DNA of 64,000 nt from a virus. Shown one piece after another: positions 61,910-64,000 of the stretch. A program made the position numbers and the translations under genes. Position 1 is the stretch's first letter. Every line of letters begins with the position of its first letter. The DNA is taken from positions 17,625-81,624 of the IMG/VR virus record IMGVR_UViG_3300046791_000470, one strand, 5' to 3'. Under the pieces are notes generated by a model. That model saw only the letters and a program-made list of their open reading frames with translations. It had not been told where the DNA came from and ran no database searches.

Positions 61910-63939
61910 CACCCACCCTCGCTCGGCCTGCTCGCGATCTCCGCCCACCTGCATTCAGCATTTGCGCATTCGACGCCGCCACCGGCGCGCGGCCTGGTCT
62001 CGTGGCCACACGACGGGCAGTGTTCCGGTCGCGCGCGCGCCACGATCGGCCCGGCGGGCACCTCCACGACACCGCTTCCGACCTCGATTCGGATCTCGGT
62101 TGGACGAGTCGCCGTAGGCGGCAACGTCACGGTGTGGTGGACCGTCTGCTCGAACCGACGCCGGTTCGCTAGCCCCGGATCGAGCACCTCGGGATGCAGC
62201 CCGCTCGGCGCCTCGTGGTCGATGACCACCGACTCGGCCGGTGACACCACCACCGCCTGCTCGATGTCCGTGTTCGAGTACACCGCACCGCCGTTCCACG
62301 TGGACGCGCGGACGATGGCGCCGAGAACGTACGGCGGCGGATCGATGTCGCTGGAAAGCTTCCCGCGAGAGCGGGCGAACTCGGCGCGAAGGATCATCAG
62401 CGCCTGCTCGTACGTCATCGGCGTCTTGTTGCGCTGTCCCCGGTCCACCACGCCCTGCAGGAGCTGCTCGTCCGTGAAGGTGCCAACCACCCACCCGAGC
62501 GAGAACACCAGGCCGGAGCGCAGTCGCACGAGCGCCGTCCGATGAACGTCGGCGGTTCCCAGCGCGCCGTCGAGCTGGCCGAGCAGCCACGCCACCAACT
62601 CCGCGCGCGTCGGCGGCAGCAGCGACAGGTGCGGGCTGTTGGCCGCGCGCCACCGCTTCACACCGTCGTCGTGGGCCGCCTTGATGCGCACCCGATCCTC
62701 GCGGAGTCGGCGCGCCTCCTCGGCTGCGGCGCGGACGCGATCCTCGAGCTTCACGCCCTCGAAGCCGTGGACCAGGCCCGCGAGCATCCGCGCCTCGGCC
62801 GCGACGCTCTGGGCGTGCGCGATGATGTACTCGAACGGCGCGCTCGGGGACATCCCGAGCACCTCGCGGAGCCGCGCGCAGAACGCCCCGGCCTTGTTGC
62901 GCTCCGCCTCCAGCGCCTCGAGCTGCGGCCGGAGCTTGCCCACCTCGCCCTGCCACTCGGCGGATGACCGCATGTGCCTGTCGCGCTCCACCCTGTAGCC
63001 GCCGAGGTCGGCCACGCCGGCGAGCACCTGCTGGACCAGCGTGCCCCCGGCGGGCATCACCGCGCCGTGATGGACGAGCCTGTCGCGGACCGTCTGCAGC
63101 TCGTTGATGTACTCCGCCGTAGGCCGCCCGATGAGATCGGAACGCGCCGGCGGCCGGCGCAGCCTCAGAACCCACCGGCCATCCAGCCGCCGCAGCCACT
63201 CGCCGGCGTGGACGCTCTTGCCGTCCGTCGTCTCGGTCTCGACGAAGCGCGGAGCCTCGGGACCGGGCGGGCCGTCGAACACGATGTCCACGTTGACGGT
63301 GGAGGTCTCGAGCCGCTCGACGATCGAGCGCAGGTCGGTGAGCTTGGAGAGCGCGGCTGCCATCGCTCCGGAGTTCTTGATCCCGTGCGGGAACGCGGCG
63401 CCAACCCATCCCTGATACGCCTCGCTGAGCACGTCGCGAGACTTCACGAGGGCGCGCACGCACTCGAGGACGCTGCCTCCCTCCACCGTGGAGCATGCCT
63501 TGCTGATCGCGTCGATCTCCGACCGCGCAGCTTCCAGCGCCGTCCGCTGGTCGATCGTCGCGGCTGCGGCGCGCTCGGCCATCTCGCCGAGTGCGCGCAC
63601 GTCATCGCCCTTGGCGAGTTCGGCAGCGGCCACCGCGCGCACCCCGTCCACGATCGCGGTGTCGGAGACATCGCCGCGGCGCTGCCAGCCGAGCGCGGTC
63701 ATCACCTCGCGGCGCCACCAGCCGACGCTGACGAACCGGGCCGATCGGACACCGACCTCGCGCACGATTGTCGCGTCCATCTCCTCACCCTCCATCCCGA
63801 CATTCTCCTTACCGAGGCTGCTGAACCCCATCACGTTGAGGATGTCTCCGCGCAGCTTCGCCAGCATGGGCAGTGCCTTGGCACCGCACGCCACGAGCGC
63901 CAGCAGGCCGGCGTTCGTCGGCACCGCCATCGGCTCCAC
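61909..63939 (-). CDS. Large coiled-coil mosaic protein (676 aa)
   Basis: Heptad-rich with a C-terminal CPSC...CANAEC zinc ribbon. The start may lie further upstream. Confidence 0.75.
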   Translation of the reverse strand: MEPMAVPTNAGLLALVACGAKALPMLAKLRGDILNVMGFSSLGKENVGMEGEEMDATIVREVGVRSARFVSVGWWRREVMTALGWQRRGDVSDTAIVDGVRAVAAAELAKGDDVRALGEMAERAAAATIDQRTALEAARSEIDAISKACSTVEGGSVLECVRALVKSRDVLSEAYQGWVGAAFPHGIKNSGAMAAALSKLTDLRSIVERLETSTVNVDIVFDGPPGPEAPRFVETETTDGKSVHAGEWLRRLDGRWVLRLRRPPARSDLIGRPTAEYINELQTVRDRLVHHGAVMPAGGTLVQQVLAGVADLGGYRVERDRHMRSSAEWQGEVGKLRPQLEALEAERNKAGAFCARLREVLGMSPSAPFEYIIAHAQSVAAEARMLAGLVHGFEGVKLEDRVRAAAEEARRLREDRVRIKAAHDDGVKRWRAANSPHLSLLPPTRAELVAWLLGQLDGALGTADVHRTALVRLRSGLVFSLGWVVGTFTDEQLLQGVVDRGQRNKTPMTYEQALMILRAEFARSRGKLSSDIDPPPYVLGAIVRASTWNGGAVYSNTDIEQAVVVSPAESVVIDHEAPSGLHPEVLDPGLANRRRFEQTVHHTVTLPPTATRPTEIRIEVGSGVVEVPAGPIVARARPEHCPSCGHETRPRAGGGVECANAECRWAEIASRPSEGG

Positions 63940-64000
63940 GCCCAGCGCCTGCAGCAGCTCCCTGCGCCACCAGTCCTCACGCGCCGTCCCCGGCAGCGTC

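Larger units (their letters stand above)
1..64000. mobile_element. Tailed dsDNA phage/prophage with contractile tail (myovirus-like); neither end is visible in the window
   Basis: Terminase, portal, capsid, sheath, tube, tape measure and baseplate genes occur in canonical order on the minus strand. Phage-type accessory genes fill the rest and no host housekeeping genes were seen. Confidence 0.96.

Noticed and set aside
1-64000. Many long Arg/Gly/Pro-rich ORFs in the supplied track (e.g. 8214-10493, 19165-21996, 31254-33800, 37408-39756)
   Set aside because: They are shadow frames of real genes, caused by stop-codon scarcity in very GC-rich DNA.
1-64000. tRNA, rRNA or IS elements
   Set aside because: No cloverleaf-like, rRNA-like or transposase sequence was recognised by eye; a tRNAscan or Infernal run would be needed to exclude small RNAs.

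Overview
The whole 64 kb window is very GC-rich, contiguous phage DNA of a tailed dsDNA phage with a contractile tail (myovirus-like). A myxobacterial or similar high-GC diderm host is my inference, based on base composition and the Pro/Ala-rich lipoproteins. Positions 1-4.5 kb (+) carry recombination/partition genes (RecT-like, UvrD-like helicase, ParB-like). Positions 4.5-42 kb (-) carry a complete virion module: TerS, TerL, portal, MuF-like protein, scaffold, capsid, neck, sheath, tube, tail chaperone with a candidate -1 frameshift, tape measure, baseplate, fibres and a lysis-like membrane cassette. Positions 42-64 kb are accessory/early genes, including DNA methyltransferases, a UDG-fold protein, a DUF2829/Tad2-like protein, a GNAT and a second fibre cluster. 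I saw no integrase, endolysin, tRNA, rRNA or CRISPR array. Main unusual observations: (1) a lipoprotein that is a lipobox signal fused to a roughly 55%-identical copy of the C-terminal tip domain of the adjacent tail fibre, plus a dispersed family of four further lipoproteins carrying a related fibre-like domain (candidate receptor-masking/superinfection-exclusion system); (2) a regulon of sigma70 promoters that sit 6-9 nt before ATG (leaderless geometry) and share tandem TGYGYAY boxes; (3) a head-region protein with a WDESKHPR motif fused to a LuxR-like HTH that has a standalone paralogue in the early region; (4) G9 tracts that frameshift a Dam-like MTase and an RHH gene coupled to a second MTase. 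All calls come from reading the sequence and translations by eye; no searches were run.
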